Positions 36,890 through 48,185 of a DNA stretch of 64,000 bases are shown piece after piece. Source of the DNA: Candidatus Cloacimonadales bacterium. GTDB taxonomy: Bacteria > Cloacimonadota > Cloacimonadia > Cloacimonadales > DAONDQ01. The notes beneath the pieces were generated by a model that worked only from the letters and a program-made list of their open reading frames with translations, was not told the origin of the DNA and did no database searches. Where the stretch lies: the NCBI GenBank assembly GCA_963662275.1, contig OY759316.1:2016001-2080000 (forward strand), given 5' to 3'. Numbering within the stretch: the stretch's first letter is position 1; each line of letters begins with the position of its first letter. A program made the translations under genes and the position numbers.

Positions 36890-37951
36890 ATGACATCTCG
36901 CCATATGATATACAAAGGAATTTTACTGACGCTAGTTTTAGCGTTTATAATTCCAGTCTCATTAAGTGCAATATCTGAAGCGGCTGTACTGTGGCTTTTA
37001 ATCGAGCCAGGTTCAAATGCCGGTGGAATGGGTAATGCATATGTCGCCAAATCAAATGATGCTTTTGCCGGTTGGTGGAATCCAGCGGCACTTGCCTTTA
37101 ATCAAAAAACTCAAGTTGCCGGTATGCACTCCAATTGGCTGCAAGGTTCCGGAATCAACGATATTTATTATGAATATCTTGGGTGGGATCAATATTTTGA
37201 AGGTGTAGGAACGGTTGGTTTTAACGTCATTTACATGAACTATGGAAAACAGGATAAAACCGATGAGAGTGGTACTGATCAAGGTACTTTCCAAAGTTAT
37301 GAGTTTGCAGCTACAGGATCCTATGGATTCAAACTGATGGAAAAACTTGGTGGTGGACTGAATTTTAAATTCATCTATAGTAAACTTTCTCCTGATGAAC
37401 AAGGACAAACAGGGCAAGGGGTGAAAGGCAGCGGGAGTTCTTATGCCTTTGATGTTGCCTTAAAAGCAAAAGATGTTCTAATTCCACGTCTTGACTTGGG
37501 ATGGAATTTACAAAATATAGGACCCAATATTACATACGTTAACCAGGCACAGGCAGATCCATTACCTATGAATTGGAGAATGGGATTAGCATATCGTGTT
37601 TTTGATTCCCCTATGAACTCGCTTACAGCTACTGCTGATGTGAACAAACTATTAGCTAACAGCGATGGTGTTCTGCAAAGATTAATCACTGCCTGGGGTG
37701 ATGATACATCCAAACAGGAAATAGAATCAACCATTATTAATTTGGGCGGTGAATACTCTTATATGAATCTTTTCTCTGTTAGAGGCGGTTACATATATGA
37801 CAAAGCCGGCGAAGTTATCGGACCTTGTTTTGGAGTTGGTTTCCAATATACATTCACGAACAAATATAAGTTATTCTTCGATTTCGCCATGGTAGAAACC
37901 GGAAAATTAGTAGATTATAACAAGACTTTCTCAATAGGTTTAGACTTTTAA
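36890..37951 (+). CDS. PorV/PorQ-family outer-membrane beta-barrel
   Basis: LLIEPG..A.GMGNA......DA....WNPA.LA, LQNIGP.I.Y....DPLP..WR.G, C-terminal aromatic F. Confidence 0.85.
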   Translation: MTSRHMIYKGILLTLVLAFIIPVSLSAISEAAVLWLLIEPGSNAGGMGNAYVAKSNDAFAGWWNPAALAFNQKTQVAGMHSNWLQGSGINDIYYEYLGWDQYFEGVGTVGFNVIYMNYGKQDKTDESGTDQGTFQSYEFAATGSYGFKLMEKLGGGLNFKFIYSKLSPDEQGQTGQGVKGSGSSYAFDVALKAKDVLIPRLDLGWNLQNIGPNITYVNQAQADPLPMNWRMGLAYRVFDSPMNSLTATADVNKLLANSDGVLQRLITAWGDDTSKQEIESTIINLGGEYSYMNLFSVRGGYIYDKAGEVIGPCFGVGFQYTFTNKYKLFFDFAMVETGKLVDYNKTFSIGLDF

Positions 37952-37963
37952 TCTCGAGTTCTA

Positions 37964-40900
37964 ATGAAAATAAGTTACATGATTCTCGTGGTCATGTTCA
38001 TTTGCATGACCACGAGTACAATTTCTGCTAATAACTTACAGATAAGTAAGATTGATTTTAAGCAGCCTATCCCTAAACATCATCCTGGTGAGCAGTTATT
38101 ACTGAGTGGTAAAGCTCCCATTGTAAAACATGGCAGAGCAGCAAACGAGCGGTTACTCGTTATACTTGTTGATTTTGCCTCAGAAAATCCTGATGATCCA
38201 TTTACAACGGGAAACGGGAAATTCGTTTTACAAGCTGATTCTTCCTATCATATCACAATTGGCGCACCTCCACATGATCAGACATATTTTGAAGCAAATC
38301 TATATGCCCTGAGACTTTATTATCTAGCCGCAAGTTTGGGTAGCTATAATCTTTCTTATGATGTATATCCGAAAAATGCTTCTGCCTATACTTTACATCA
38401 TACAATGGGTTATTTTAATCCTCCTAATGCTAGTTCAGATGTCTTTCTTTCACGTATGGAAGAATACTTCAAAGAATCTTTTGAAATAGCTGACTCACTG
38501 AGTCCTGAAATTGATTTTTCTTCCTATGACCATTACATGATCGTTCATGCCGGTTCTGACTGGCAGCATGATATCTTTGGAGATACTCCTTCTGATATGC
38601 CATCCTTTTTTATCCATGTTGCGCCTGGAAAGGAAGCGATCGTTGATAGTACGTTTACCATTTCTCATGCCTGTAATGTTCCTGAAACAATCACCCAGGA
38701 TCTGCAATTATCTGTATCTGATTCAATCAATTATGTTTCAGGATATGGAGCATTAAATGGCGTGTTTGCTCATGAATTCGGTCATTCAATGGGGCTTGTG
38801 GATTTGTACAACGTCAGGACTTCTCAGCCTGAAGTAGGACTTTTTGATATCATGGATAGCGGTGGTGGAACTCAAATGATAGCACAAGTAGAGGGTAATA
38901 CTCTTTATCTTGTTGATGGAGGTTTACCTGCTTTACCCGGTGCTTGGTCTAGAGTAAAAATGTTTGAACAGGATTTTCGAGCACGACATATACTGGAAGA
39001 TTCCTCGGATATAGGCTATGGCAAGCGTTTTCAGATAAAAGCTGCGGAATCCAGATATACGAGTACAAATCCAAAACCATATTTTGTCAAAATCCCATTA
39101 TCAAGTACGGAATACATCCTTCTTGAAAACAGATCAGTCGATCCTGATGGAGATGGTGGTACCTCTCTAATAGGAATTGACCCCAATGATCCCACTAATC
39201 ATCAGTCAAATAATAAGAGAGTTATATTAGCACCATCACCTTATGCCGATAATTTATATACACCCAGTTACGAGTATGATTACCTGTTGCCATCATGGCA
39301 AGGTTCTTCCTCAGATCGACCTGCGATTGGGGGTGGAATTTTGGCATGGCATATCGATGATAAAATTATCTATCAACAGGGAGTTACTAATCAAGGTGAA
39401 TTCACTTCAAATTATGATAATAATAGTGTAAATGCAATTCATAGCAAACGCGGTATTCGTATCATTGAAGCTGACAATCTACCGGATATTGGTAATCAGT
39501 ATTCTTATTTTTGGACAGGAACTTCCTATGAATATTTCTTTAAAAACAGACCTGTTTTGGATAGTGATGGTTATTTTGAAAAATGGTCAGATTTGATATG
39601 GCGTGAAAAACTATCTTCGGATACACAACCAGCACTGATGACAAATGAAAATACACCCGCTCCATATACTATCAATTTTTATAGTAACCCGCACAATCTC
39701 ATGCAAATTGAAATTGCTTCAAATGCCTGGAGTGAGTTAAGTACAATAGGTAATTCTCCTAACCTGGCTGCTCTTGGACCTATCGTTGCAGGCGACTTTT
39801 ACAACACTGATATGCCCGTTATTTCTCAAAATAATATTAGTTATCTTACACACGAATATGAGGCTTCACAAAACATAGATCAGTGGAGTGCCCTATATGG
39901 TTCCTTCGATTTTTCTCCTGGAACGATTAATCATCCTATCATTGCAACTGATTTGAATCACAATCGAATTGGGGATTACTCTCTTGTCAATGGAAACAAG
40001 GTCAGTATTTTTGAAGGCTTGGCATATAGCGAATTAGTAATTCCAGATTCATTGATCACAGATGAACCACTATATGTAAATAATACCTATTTTATACCTG
40101 GGAATGAGAAGCTTTACACAGCGCAGAACCCCATGGGTAAAACAAGTTTATTCGGCACAAGTTTTTCCATTCCTGGTGCAAAGCTAATTGCAGATAGTAC
40201 GAGGGTGTACGCTTTATCAAATAACGAACTCGACATTTTAGATTTGAATACTGAATTAGGTTGGTCAGTCTCTAAACAATTTGATTTACCAGGTGCTTTC
40301 ACAAAGTATCAGCTAATAGGGTACAAGGATCTAGAATATCATCAATCAAATATCGTATTTCTTCTTAATGATTATGGGGATTTGTATCGATTGCAGAATG
40401 ATGATCTGCATCTGATTCTTAGAGTGAAGGATTATACATCCGTACCAGCAACTCAATTAGCGTTAGGTAAATTCAAAGATAACGAAGTTTGTCTCTTACT
40501 GGCTGCGGATAATATGATCATAGCGTTGAATCTAAATGGTGGTATCATACCAGGCTTTCCGGTGAGATTTGATCATGCTGACTTCACTTCTTTCGAGTAT
40601 CCAAAACTAGTGACTTTTGGGAATACCAATTTTGCGATGATTCCGGACAACAGAGGCGGTTATTTCACGATTAGTGAAGATGGTGTTTATGACGACAAAT
40701 ACAGCTATTTCTGGAATACTGATTCATTACCGGACTACTTACATTACGAAAACATCTCAGAGCGCCTCTATCTGTATTATTCCGATAGCATAGGAAATAT
40801 CAATGCTGCTTATATGAATTCGATTACATCTAATCCCATTATCTGGAATGGTTATCGGAATGGGACACTAGGGTTTTATCAAGGTGTAGATATTCCGGTT

Positions 40901-41170
40901 CAAGATTCTCTATCTTTTAACGCATATATTTATCCGAATCCAATATCCCATGGAAATGCTCGTTTACATATAGATCATCTTCAATTCTCAACGAAAGTTC
41001 ATGTATATGATATCCAGGGAAAATTGATGAAGGAACTTAAAGTCGATAAGAATAACTCAACTACTGCTGAACTTCTTCTGAATTTTAAAGATTGGAGTTC
41101 AGGAGTATATCTCTGTACAGTTGAAAGTAATCAAAAAATCGTTAGATTCAAGATCGCAATCGAAAAGTAA
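37964..41170 (+). CDS. Secreted M6 (immune inhibitor A-like) metalloprotease with T9SS-type C-terminal domain
   Basis: LLVILVDF, IVHAG, FAHEFGHSMGLVDLY, FDIMDSG, EYILLENR, GILAWHID; YIYPNP...VYDIQGKL...SSGVYL. Confidence 0.82.
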   Translation: MKISYMILVVMFICMTTSTISANNLQISKIDFKQPIPKHHPGEQLLLSGKAPIVKHGRAANERLLVILVDFASENPDDPFTTGNGKFVLQADSSYHITIGAPPHDQTYFEANLYALRLYYLAASLGSYNLSYDVYPKNASAYTLHHTMGYFNPPNASSDVFLSRMEEYFKESFEIADSLSPEIDFSSYDHYMIVHAGSDWQHDIFGDTPSDMPSFFIHVAPGKEAIVDSTFTISHACNVPETITQDLQLSVSDSINYVSGYGALNGVFAHEFGHSMGLVDLYNVRTSQPEVGLFDIMDSGGGTQMIAQVEGNTLYLVDGGLPALPGAWSRVKMFEQDFRARHILEDSSDIGYGKRFQIKAAESRYTSTNPKPYFVKIPLSSTEYILLENRSVDPDGDGGTSLIGIDPNDPTNHQSNNKRVILAPSPYADNLYTPSYEYDYLLPSWQGSSSDRPAIGGGILAWHIDDKIIYQQGVTNQGEFTSNYDNNSVNAIHSKRGIRIIEADNLPDIGNQYSYFWTGTSYEYFFKNRPVLDSDGYFEKWSDLIWREKLSSDTQPALMTNENTPAPYTINFYSNPHNLMQIEIASNAWSELSTIGNSPNLAALGPIVAGDFYNTDMPVISQNNISYLTHEYEASQNIDQWSALYGSFDFSPGTINHPIIATDLNHNRIGDYSLVNGNKVSIFEGLAYSELVIPDSLITDEPLYVNNTYFIPGNEKLYTAQNPMGKTSLFGTSFSIPGAKLIADSTRVYALSNNELDILDLNTELGWSVSKQFDLPGAFTKYQLIGYKDLEYHQSNIVFLLNDYGDLYRLQNDDLHLILRVKDYTSVPATQLALGKFKDNEVCLLLAADNMIIALNLNGGIIPGFPVRFDHADFTSFEYPKLVTFGNTNFAMIPDNRGGYFTISEDGVYDDKYSYFWNTDSLPDYLHYENISERLYLYYSDSIGNINAAYMNSITSNPIIWNGYRNGTLGFYQGVDIPVQDSLSFNAYIYPNPISHGNARLHIDHLQFSTKVHVYDIQGKLMKELKVDKNNSTTAELLLNFKDWSSGVYLCTVESNQKIVRFKIAIEK

Positions 41171-41182
41171 GAGGGTGAAATT

Positions 41183-42163
41183 ATGAACAGACGACTATTC
41201 TTAATCATGTTATGTACGATGTTTGTTTGGACTCTATGCGCACAAAATATTTTTGATGATCCTGACACATTGAAAAACGATATTATCAAAGTGAATTATC
41301 AACGTAAAAATGCCAAATTAGCGATGCTGATGTCTGCGATATTACCTGGAGCAGGTCAATATTATGCCGATAAAAAATCGATAACAACCTACATTTTTCC
41401 TATTATCGAAGCGGGTCTGATTTATGGTTATATTGATTATACCAATAAAGGTCATGACCTTGAACATAAGTATCAGAAGTATGCTACTGGTGAAACAATC
41501 ACTATCAAAAATAACGATGACGTTGTGATCTATACAGGTCCTCGTTATAATACTATATTTCAATTTGGATATTTGAACAGCAGTAGTGTATTGATTCAAG
41601 GTCTACAGCAGAATCTTGCAGGAATCTATACGGATGACATCTATGATAATATCTATTTTAAATGGAATCCCCAAAATATGGAGTTTAATCAGCACTTCTA
41701 TGAAGATATAGGTAAATACAATAAATATATCTTCGGATGGGCTGACTGGTATCAAGTATATGCCTATAATGGTCAAGGTACAATAGATTGGCAGAATGCA
41801 AGTTTTGTACCGGTGCCAAATGCCCCTAATTGGGCTTGGAATAGCAATCATACAATCTGGTTGGGTAATTATCCCACAAATCCTGAAAATATTATCCCCG
41901 GTCAATCCTATGACGAACCATATTCAGCTTTACGGGCAAAATATATCAATATGCGTAAAGATGCTGAAGTCAAATTTGATAAGGCTACAGATATTAATTT
42001 TGCCATTGTTATGAACCATCTTGTTAGTTCATTGGATGCTATAAGAGTAACACATAAGTTTAATCGTAATTATCTTTCACAAAACGAAATGCACTTTAAT
42101 TATCGGACTACCTTGTATAATTCTCATTTCACTCCCATGCTGACATTTTGTAAGGAGTTTTAA
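41183..42163 (+). CDS. Hypothetical protein, DUF5683-like (paralogue 1)
   Basis: K.A..AML.SAILPGAGQYY and NHLVSSLDA motifs. Confidence 0.7.
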   Translation: MNRRLFLIMLCTMFVWTLCAQNIFDDPDTLKNDIIKVNYQRKNAKLAMLMSAILPGAGQYYADKKSITTYIFPIIEAGLIYGYIDYTNKGHDLEHKYQKYATGETITIKNNDDVVIYTGPRYNTIFQFGYLNSSSVLIQGLQQNLAGIYTDDIYDNIYFKWNPQNMEFNQHFYEDIGKYNKYIFGWADWYQVYAYNGQGTIDWQNASFVPVPNAPNWAWNSNHTIWLGNYPTNPENIIPGQSYDEPYSALRAKYINMRKDAEVKFDKATDINFAIVMNHLVSSLDAIRVTHKFNRNYLSQNEMHFNYRTTLYNSHFTPMLTFCKEF

Positions 42164-42888
42164 TGAAGAGATTCATAATCCTGGTAGTACTGATATCAAT
42201 AACCGGGATTCTTTTCTGTGAAGATTTGAAATCTCCCAGGAAAGCTATGTTGTTTTCTGCCCTTGTTCCAGGAATGGGAGAACTTTATAGCGGGAATACC
42301 TCAAAAGCAGCAGTGTTTCTTTCTACAGAAGCTGCGATCTGGGTTACATATGCGCGTTTAGAACAGGAAATGAAATGGTCTAAAAGTAATTATATGGAAT
42401 TCGCTTTTAAAAAAGCCGGTATGCCATTGAATAGCAGTGGGAATATATATAAGCTTATGGAAGATTACTCCAGTAGTGCAGAGTATAATAATGAAGTTGA
42501 ATTAAACATCAGGAATAATCTTCTTCAACTTCTTAATGATCCTTCAGTTTCTTCTACTGATCGTGAATATTATGCTCGACTACTTAACGATCCTAATGAG
42601 TATCAGAATTTTATCACGGATTATACTTTTACTGGGAATGAATCCTGGGAATGGAGTAACCAGAATTCATATCATAAGTATTATAATCTTAGAAAAACGC
42701 GTCAGGAATTAGTTATCTATAAGAATTTTGCAGTCAGTGCAACTATCCTTAATAGGATTATCAGTATTGTTGATGCTGCATTGGTTGCCAAAAAGTGGAA
42801 CCATATCCATAATAAGTATGGTTACATAGAGGTTCAACCGGATTTTCCTAATAAAGGAGTGAATCTTGTTTATACACTTCATTTCTAA
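42163..42888 (+). CDS. Hypothetical protein, DUF5683-like (paralogue 2)
   Basis: KSPRKAMLFSALVPGMGELY and LNRIISIVDA motifs. Confidence 0.7.
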   Translation: MKRFIILVVLISITGILFCEDLKSPRKAMLFSALVPGMGELYSGNTSKAAVFLSTEAAIWVTYARLEQEMKWSKSNYMEFAFKKAGMPLNSSGNIYKLMEDYSSSAEYNNEVELNIRNNLLQLLNDPSVSSTDREYYARLLNDPNEYQNFITDYTFTGNESWEWSNQNSYHKYYNLRKTRQELVIYKNFAVSATILNRIISIVDAALVAKKWNHIHNKYGYIEVQPDFPNKGVNLVYTLHF

Positions 42889-43546
42889 ACCAAAAAAACT
42901 CTTACTATGCTTCCTATTTCTTTTAATGATGCTATCGTTAAATGCACAAAACTCTTCAAGAGCAATTACGATACTGAAATCAGCTATTGTGCCAGGTTGG
43001 GGACAGCTCTCAATCCAGAAGCAACGCGGTTACGTTTTCCTGACGAATGAAATACTGCTAATTTCTGGTTTGTATTATTTTAATACGGAATCTGATGTAA
43101 AATTGAACAAAGCTTATGATATTGCTCTCTGTTCTGCTCATATTAATCCTGGTTCATATTCGGATGCCTATTTAATCACAATTGGAAAATACACTACTAA
43201 CGGTTTTGATGTAAATGGATATAATACAAATGTGCACGAACAGGCACTAGCTCTCTTTCCAGGTGATGAGCCATCACAAGCGACTTACTTTGACCAGAAT
43301 ATGATTCCGGATGCAAGAGGGTGGAATTGGGATTCAAATGACAAGCGTCAGGACTATCGAAAAGTCAGGAAAGAATCTCTTGATTTAAAAGATACAGCGA
43401 AAGTGATTACAGGAATGATTATCGCTAATCATCTCATCAATTTGATCGATGTTGCCCGTACGACAGCGCATAAGTCAAATATCCAAGTTGGCTTTACAGT
43501 TATGCCTGACATGACTCCACAACTACAATTCGCTTTGAAGTATTGA
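42866..43546 (+). CDS. Hypothetical protein, DUF5683-like (paralogue 3)
   Basis: SAIVPGWGQL and ANHLINLIDV motifs; start uncertain. Confidence 0.68.
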   Translation: MFIHFISKPKKLLLCFLFLLMMLSLNAQNSSRAITILKSAIVPGWGQLSIQKQRGYVFLTNEILLISGLYYFNTESDVKLNKAYDIALCSAHINPGSYSDAYLITIGKYTTNGFDVNGYNTNVHEQALALFPGDEPSQATYFDQNMIPDARGWNWDSNDKRQDYRKVRKESLDLKDTAKVITGMIIANHLINLIDVARTTAHKSNIQVGFTVMPDMTPQLQFALKY

Positions 43547-43548
43547 TC

Positions 43549-43576
43549 GAAGAGCAGGACTGCCGCCCTGCTCTTC
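43549..43576. terminator. Hairpin between convergent genes
   Basis: GAAGAGCAGG-actgccgc-CCTGCTCTTC just after the stop at 43546. Confidence 0.65.
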
Positions 43577-43681
43577 AATCTATACAATTTCTCCTTTTTC
43601 GAAATCATTCACGGAACTTCTTTTTCTTCATCAACCACCTCAAAAGGTAGCTATAACCACTTAATGCTCTAATAATCTCTC

Positions 43682-46600
43682 TTAATTCACCTGCACGCTA
43701 TTATCAAATTGATTCTTATCAACAAGTTTGATATAGGGATCAACGACTATTCTATCAGGTTTCTTAGTTGTAACGACTGTGAAGTGTTTTTTTCCTGATT
43801 CAATACGAACTACCTCTTGAAATAATGGAATAGCTTCATTCTTTTTGCCCTTTTCATTCTTTGCATACACCATGACATCAACAGGATCATTCATTTTAGT
43901 TTTTGAATATACTCCTTCTCCGTTATCATACATCTTAGCCGTTTCCACATCAAAATCAACTTTGTAGGTTTTGTCTTTTTTATCAGGCTTAGTATATTTC
44001 ATATGAGTCACTTTGTTGTCATAGAGTGTTACTTTCTTAAACCAATCATCAATCAGATATTTCAAGGAATCAGGTGTTTCCTTATCCAGGTAGGAAAGGA
44101 ATTCCAATGTGTTAGGATAGGGTCTGGAAGTATATTTTGTGGCATTCAGAAATTCTGAAAGAGCTTTATTCATATTCCGATCACCTATTCTGTCCGCCAT
44201 AGCTGACATGATGATAGGGGATTTTGCATAATAGATATACTGTTGGTCTTCAACCAGGTACAGAGGCTTTTCAGATCGGCTTTCATTGTGTCTGCTTGTA
44301 ATATATGTATTCAAGTCATTTTTTAGAAGTTTGGCAATGTTGTCCTTATTATACTTCATCTGTGACACTTTCAATGCAGAGTATTCTGCGAAAGTTTCGC
44401 TCAGCATCTGTGCCCCCTGCACAGCACCGGCTACAACCTGATGTGCCCACCATTGGTGAGCTGTTTCATGGGCGGTGACGTTATAAGGATAATCAACATC
44501 GCCTTTGCTTGCCTTCACATTGGCAATAAACCCGATGGATTCGGAAAAAGGAATTGTCGTGGGGAAGGACTGAGCATAAGTTGCCCAACGTGGAAATTCT
44601 ACAATACGCAGCACACGATGGGGGTAACTTCCGAAGTTCTCAGAATAGTAGGTGAGAGCGTTTTTCATTCCTTCCATCATACGATCCAGGTTGTATGGAT
44701 GTTCTTTATCGTAGTATATCTCCAGGCTCACTTTTTGGTTGGGATCGATCTTACTTTGCCATGTTGACTTTTTAACTTCTAGTTCAGCAGAAAGGAATGC
44801 AACAAAATTCAAGATTGGTTTATCCATTTTGTATTGAAAATACCGTCTCCCGTTTTTAGACCATTCTTTTACTAGGTAACCGGGAGAAATTGCTGTTTGA
44901 GAAGGGGAAGTGCTCATGACAACATCGAAATTAATCCAGTCTGAATCTTTGGACAAGAAAGTATTCATCCTAGCTTTGAGATCATCAACTTTCGCCATTT
45001 TTTCTTTTGGAGGTAAGCCCATTTTTTTTCGTTTATCAGGACTTGTTAATTCGCCACCTGCATCATAGACAAATCCAGGTACAAAATTCATGTTGTTGGT
45101 AAATGTCCCATTCTTCTCTACCGTAGAACTGCCATAACCCTTTGGTTTGGATATTGTTTTGAATTCTACCGCAAAGCTTTGACCAGGCATCAGCGGTTGC
45201 TTAAAGTGGTACGTCCTAATTCCATTATCCTCATCTACGCTTCTTGTGACGACATCTCTGCTAAAAGCAAGCTTCTTCAAATCCATATCTTCGTTATAGG
45301 TAACAAACATGGAATCAATTGGAACCGTATCTTTATTCTTCAGTAATAACCTACCGCTGAAAACACCTAAACGTTTCTCAGGATAAAAGTCGATTTTCAG
45401 ACTTACATCGGTGATCCTGGGACATGGAATTCCATCCCATTTCTTATACTTTTTTTCCACATCTGAACGGAGTTTCGTCCAAGTTTTACTAAGATGGAAA
45501 GTATTTATGATACTTACATTAATGAAGACAGTAGATGCTGTAACCAAATACACTACAGCAAACCCAATAACAACGGTTCTTACATTGAATTTCCATCTTT
45601 GACGGGCTAACGCAATTCTTTCTTTCAAATTGTTATTTCTGCCTCTCACATAAAAAAGCGCAGCAAGCGTGAACCCCAGTCCGACAGCAGCAGTCCAAAG
45701 GAGTGTACTGATGAAGCTCTCCATGAAAGTACCGTTCCATCCAGACATATCTGAATAACGCCTGGGAATACCGTAACCATAATTGAAAAGGGGATGTTCC
45801 AAACCAATATACAAGACAGAATTGTATAACATAACATAGCCGAGGAATACAAAGTGTGAAACATATTTGTTATTTACCAGGATATGAATGGAAAAAGCGA
45901 TGGCTGTGAAGCGCAGGTACGACATAAACTGGTATACGAATGTAACTAAATATACATCTGGTTTGATATTAGTGAACCCATTGAATAACTGATATCCGAT
46001 TCCCACAAGCATTGCGCAGATGATAATCAGCATTTCGATACTTAAAAGAGCAAAGAATTTGGAAAATAAGAACACCCAGCTTTTCGCTGGTGTACTATCC
46101 ATGATCAAGTCCATCTGGAAAGTTCGGCTCTTCCATAATAATTCACCGGTAAACAGAGTAATAATTACAAAAAGCAGAGTCGCTATCCCCACAACTATGC
46201 CGTCCAGTACTTGGTATGTGACAGGCAAAGTATTTGTTTCATAAATTTGCCCGTTTGAATATACAGTAAAACCAACTACAACAAGCCCCATCGCTAATAA
46301 GAGCCAGAAGTAAAACCGGGATGTGATGTTCTTTAATTCCATGACGGTTAGATAATAGAACTGCTGAAAGGATTGTTTAAAAGAGAAATCCTTTCTCACT
46401 TTGGCAATATCACCTGTATAAGGAATATATGGTGCCGATTCAGTTTTTTGCTTTGCTGTTTTTTCATGAGATTCAGGATATGCAAAACTGGTTTTTAGAT
46501 AGGATGCCCAAAATAGTACAAATCCTACTCCGAGCCATAGCAAACGATTAAGAATTAATACTGGTGTTAAAGGCAATAGCTTAGTATTCATTTCAGCCAT

Positions 46601-47290
46601 TGTCATTAAATTTGTGATAAATGAAGTCGTGTACATTGCTGAAGGGTCTAAAACCGCAATCAATTTTTTGATACTTATTTGTTCAGACAGAGAACCAAGT
46701 ACGATATATATCACAAGAAGCACTATTGCACTGATGTACACTGAGACTTGCTTCTTGGTCAAAGTCGCAACAGCGAAAAATATCCCGCATGAAAATATCA
46801 TGTTTGGAATCACAAGAATCAGATAGGGCCAAGCATAGGCTGCAAAAGAATTAGATCCAAAATAACTCTTATCCAGCCAGGGTAATAGGGAAGAAACAAA
46901 AATGCCGAGACCTACGGAAAGTAATATCAACGTAAGTACAGCAGTATTTCCAATAAAACGTCCAACAAGATAGCTGAATTTGCTGAATGGTTTAGTGTAG
47001 ATAATCTGAATCATGTTATTTTCATAATCTCTACTGATTGCATTACCGGCAAAAGCAGCACAGATAAAAATAGCGATCATCTGAAAGCCGAGTATCACAT
47101 TCTGGATAAAGAAAGGTGAGTTTAATAGAAGTTTCTCACTCCCTTCAATATTGACTTTCATCCCTGTGAATGCACCTGCTGAAATGACTACGATCAATAT
47201 TGAAAATAGGAAGAATATAGCCATATACACATAGGTTGACAACTTATGCAGACGGTATTTTAACTCAAAAGACAGCATTTCCCAAAACAT
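43682..47290 (-). CDS. ABC-2 permease fused to M1-family aminopeptidase domain
   Basis: Two multi-TM permease halves, then YAQSFP, AHETAHQWW...SETFAEY zinc motif. Confidence 0.9.
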   Translation of the reverse strand: MFWEMLSFELKYRLHKLSTYVYMAIFFLFSILIVVISAGAFTGMKVNIEGSEKLLLNSPFFIQNVILGFQMIAIFICAAFAGNAISRDYENNMIQIIYTKPFSKFSYLVGRFIGNTAVLTLILLSVGLGIFVSSLLPWLDKSYFGSNSFAAYAWPYLILVIPNMIFSCGIFFAVATLTKKQVSVYISAIVLLVIYIVLGSLSEQISIKKLIAVLDPSAMYTTSFITNLMTMAEMNTKLLPLTPVLILNRLLWLGVGFVLFWASYLKTSFAYPESHEKTAKQKTESAPYIPYTGDIAKVRKDFSFKQSFQQFYYLTVMELKNITSRFYFWLLLAMGLVVVGFTVYSNGQIYETNTLPVTYQVLDGIVVGIATLLFVIITLFTGELLWKSRTFQMDLIMDSTPAKSWVFLFSKFFALLSIEMLIIICAMLVGIGYQLFNGFTNIKPDVYLVTFVYQFMSYLRFTAIAFSIHILVNNKYVSHFVFLGYVMLYNSVLYIGLEHPLFNYGYGIPRRYSDMSGWNGTFMESFISTLLWTAAVGLGFTLAALFYVRGRNNNLKERIALARQRWKFNVRTVVIGFAVVYLVTASTVFINVSIINTFHLSKTWTKLRSDVEKKYKKWDGIPCPRITDVSLKIDFYPEKRLGVFSGRLLLKNKDTVPIDSMFVTYNEDMDLKKLAFSRDVVTRSVDEDNGIRTYHFKQPLMPGQSFAVEFKTISKPKGYGSSTVEKNGTFTNNMNFVPGFVYDAGGELTSPDKRKKMGLPPKEKMAKVDDLKARMNTFLSKDSDWINFDVVMSTSPSQTAISPGYLVKEWSKNGRRYFQYKMDKPILNFVAFLSAELEVKKSTWQSKIDPNQKVSLEIYYDKEHPYNLDRMMEGMKNALTYYSENFGSYPHRVLRIVEFPRWATYAQSFPTTIPFSESIGFIANVKASKGDVDYPYNVTAHETAHQWWAHQVVAGAVQGAQMLSETFAEYSALKVSQMKYNKDNIAKLLKNDLNTYITSRHNESRSEKPLYLVEDQQYIYYAKSPIIMSAMADRIGDRNMNKALSEFLNATKYTSRPYPNTLEFLSYLDKETPDSLKYLIDDWFKKVTLYDNKVTHMKYTKPDKKDKTYKVDFDVETAKMYDNGEGVYSKTKMNDPVDVMVYAKNEKGKKNEAIPLFQEVVRIESGKKHFTVVTTKKPDRIVVDPYIKLVDKNQFDNSVQVN

Positions 47291-47303
47291 CAGATCCCCC
47301 TAT

Positions 47304-48185
47304 TTAAATGATTTCGCCAGCAGGGATAGTGCTGAAGTAAACATCAGATAAATCAGGGTCTTTGGGGTTGAATGTTGGATCCGGTAATTCAGGGCTTTGC
47401 ACTGTGATTTGCACTTGTCCGGAGTGCAGTCTGGAATTAATAACCTTGAATTTATCCTGATATTCCTGTATATTAGTCTTGTTCACAAGCTTTTTCCATA
47501 GCTGCCCTTGTAATGCATGGATTGAATCCAATGGATTCGCTTCAATGACAACTGTCCCTTTATGAATAATGGCAAATTCTGAACATAATTCACTTACATC
47601 GTCAACAATATGGGTGGAAAGAATAACGACTCGGTGCTCTCCCAGTTCGGAGAGAATATTATAAAAGTGATTCCTTTCTTTTGGATCAAGCCCCGCAGTT
47701 GGCTCATCAACAATGAGTAAATCCGGTTCCCCCAATAAAGCTTGTGCTATCCCAAAGCGTTGTTTCATACCACCCGAAAATCCCCCCAATTGCTTTTTCC
47801 GACAGTCAAAGAGATTCACTTCTTGCAGGTAGTGATCTACGATTTGCTTTCTTTCTTTAACATTGGAAATACCTTTTAGCCTTGCAAAGTGACTGAGCAT
47901 ATCAGATGCTGAAACGTTAGGTAGAAAATCGAAGTTCTGTGGAAGAAAACCTAATCTTTTGCGAATGGAAGTTTTGTCTTTTTTTATATCAATACCATCG
48001 AAAGTAATATTGCCACTATCAGCTTCCTGGAGAGTTGCAATAGTTCTCATCAAAGTCGATTTTCCAGCACCATTTGGTCCGAGTAAACCAAACATTCCTT
48101 CGCAGATGGATAAGTTAATTGATTTCAGTGCTTGAACACCGTTGCTGTAAGTTTTGGATAAATTGCTGATGATTAGCTCTTTCAT
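47304..48185 (-). CDS. ABC transporter ATP-binding protein
   Basis: GPNGAGKST, FSGGMKQR, LLIVDEPT, ILSTH; start set to ATG 48185 after GGAGG. Confidence 0.93.
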   Translation of the reverse strand: MKELIISNLSKTYSNGVQALKSINLSICEGMFGLLGPNGAGKSTLMRTIATLQEADSGNITFDGIDIKKDKTSIRKRLGFLPQNFDFLPNVSASDMLSHFARLKGISNVKERKQIVDHYLQEVNLFDCRKKQLGGFSGGMKQRFGIAQALLGEPDLLIVDEPTAGLDPKERNHFYNILSELGEHRVVILSTHIVDDVSELCSEFAIIHKGTVVIEANPLDSIHALQGQLWKKLVNKTNIQEYQDKFKVINSRLHSGQVQITVQSPELPDPTFNPKDPDLSDVYFSTIPAGEII

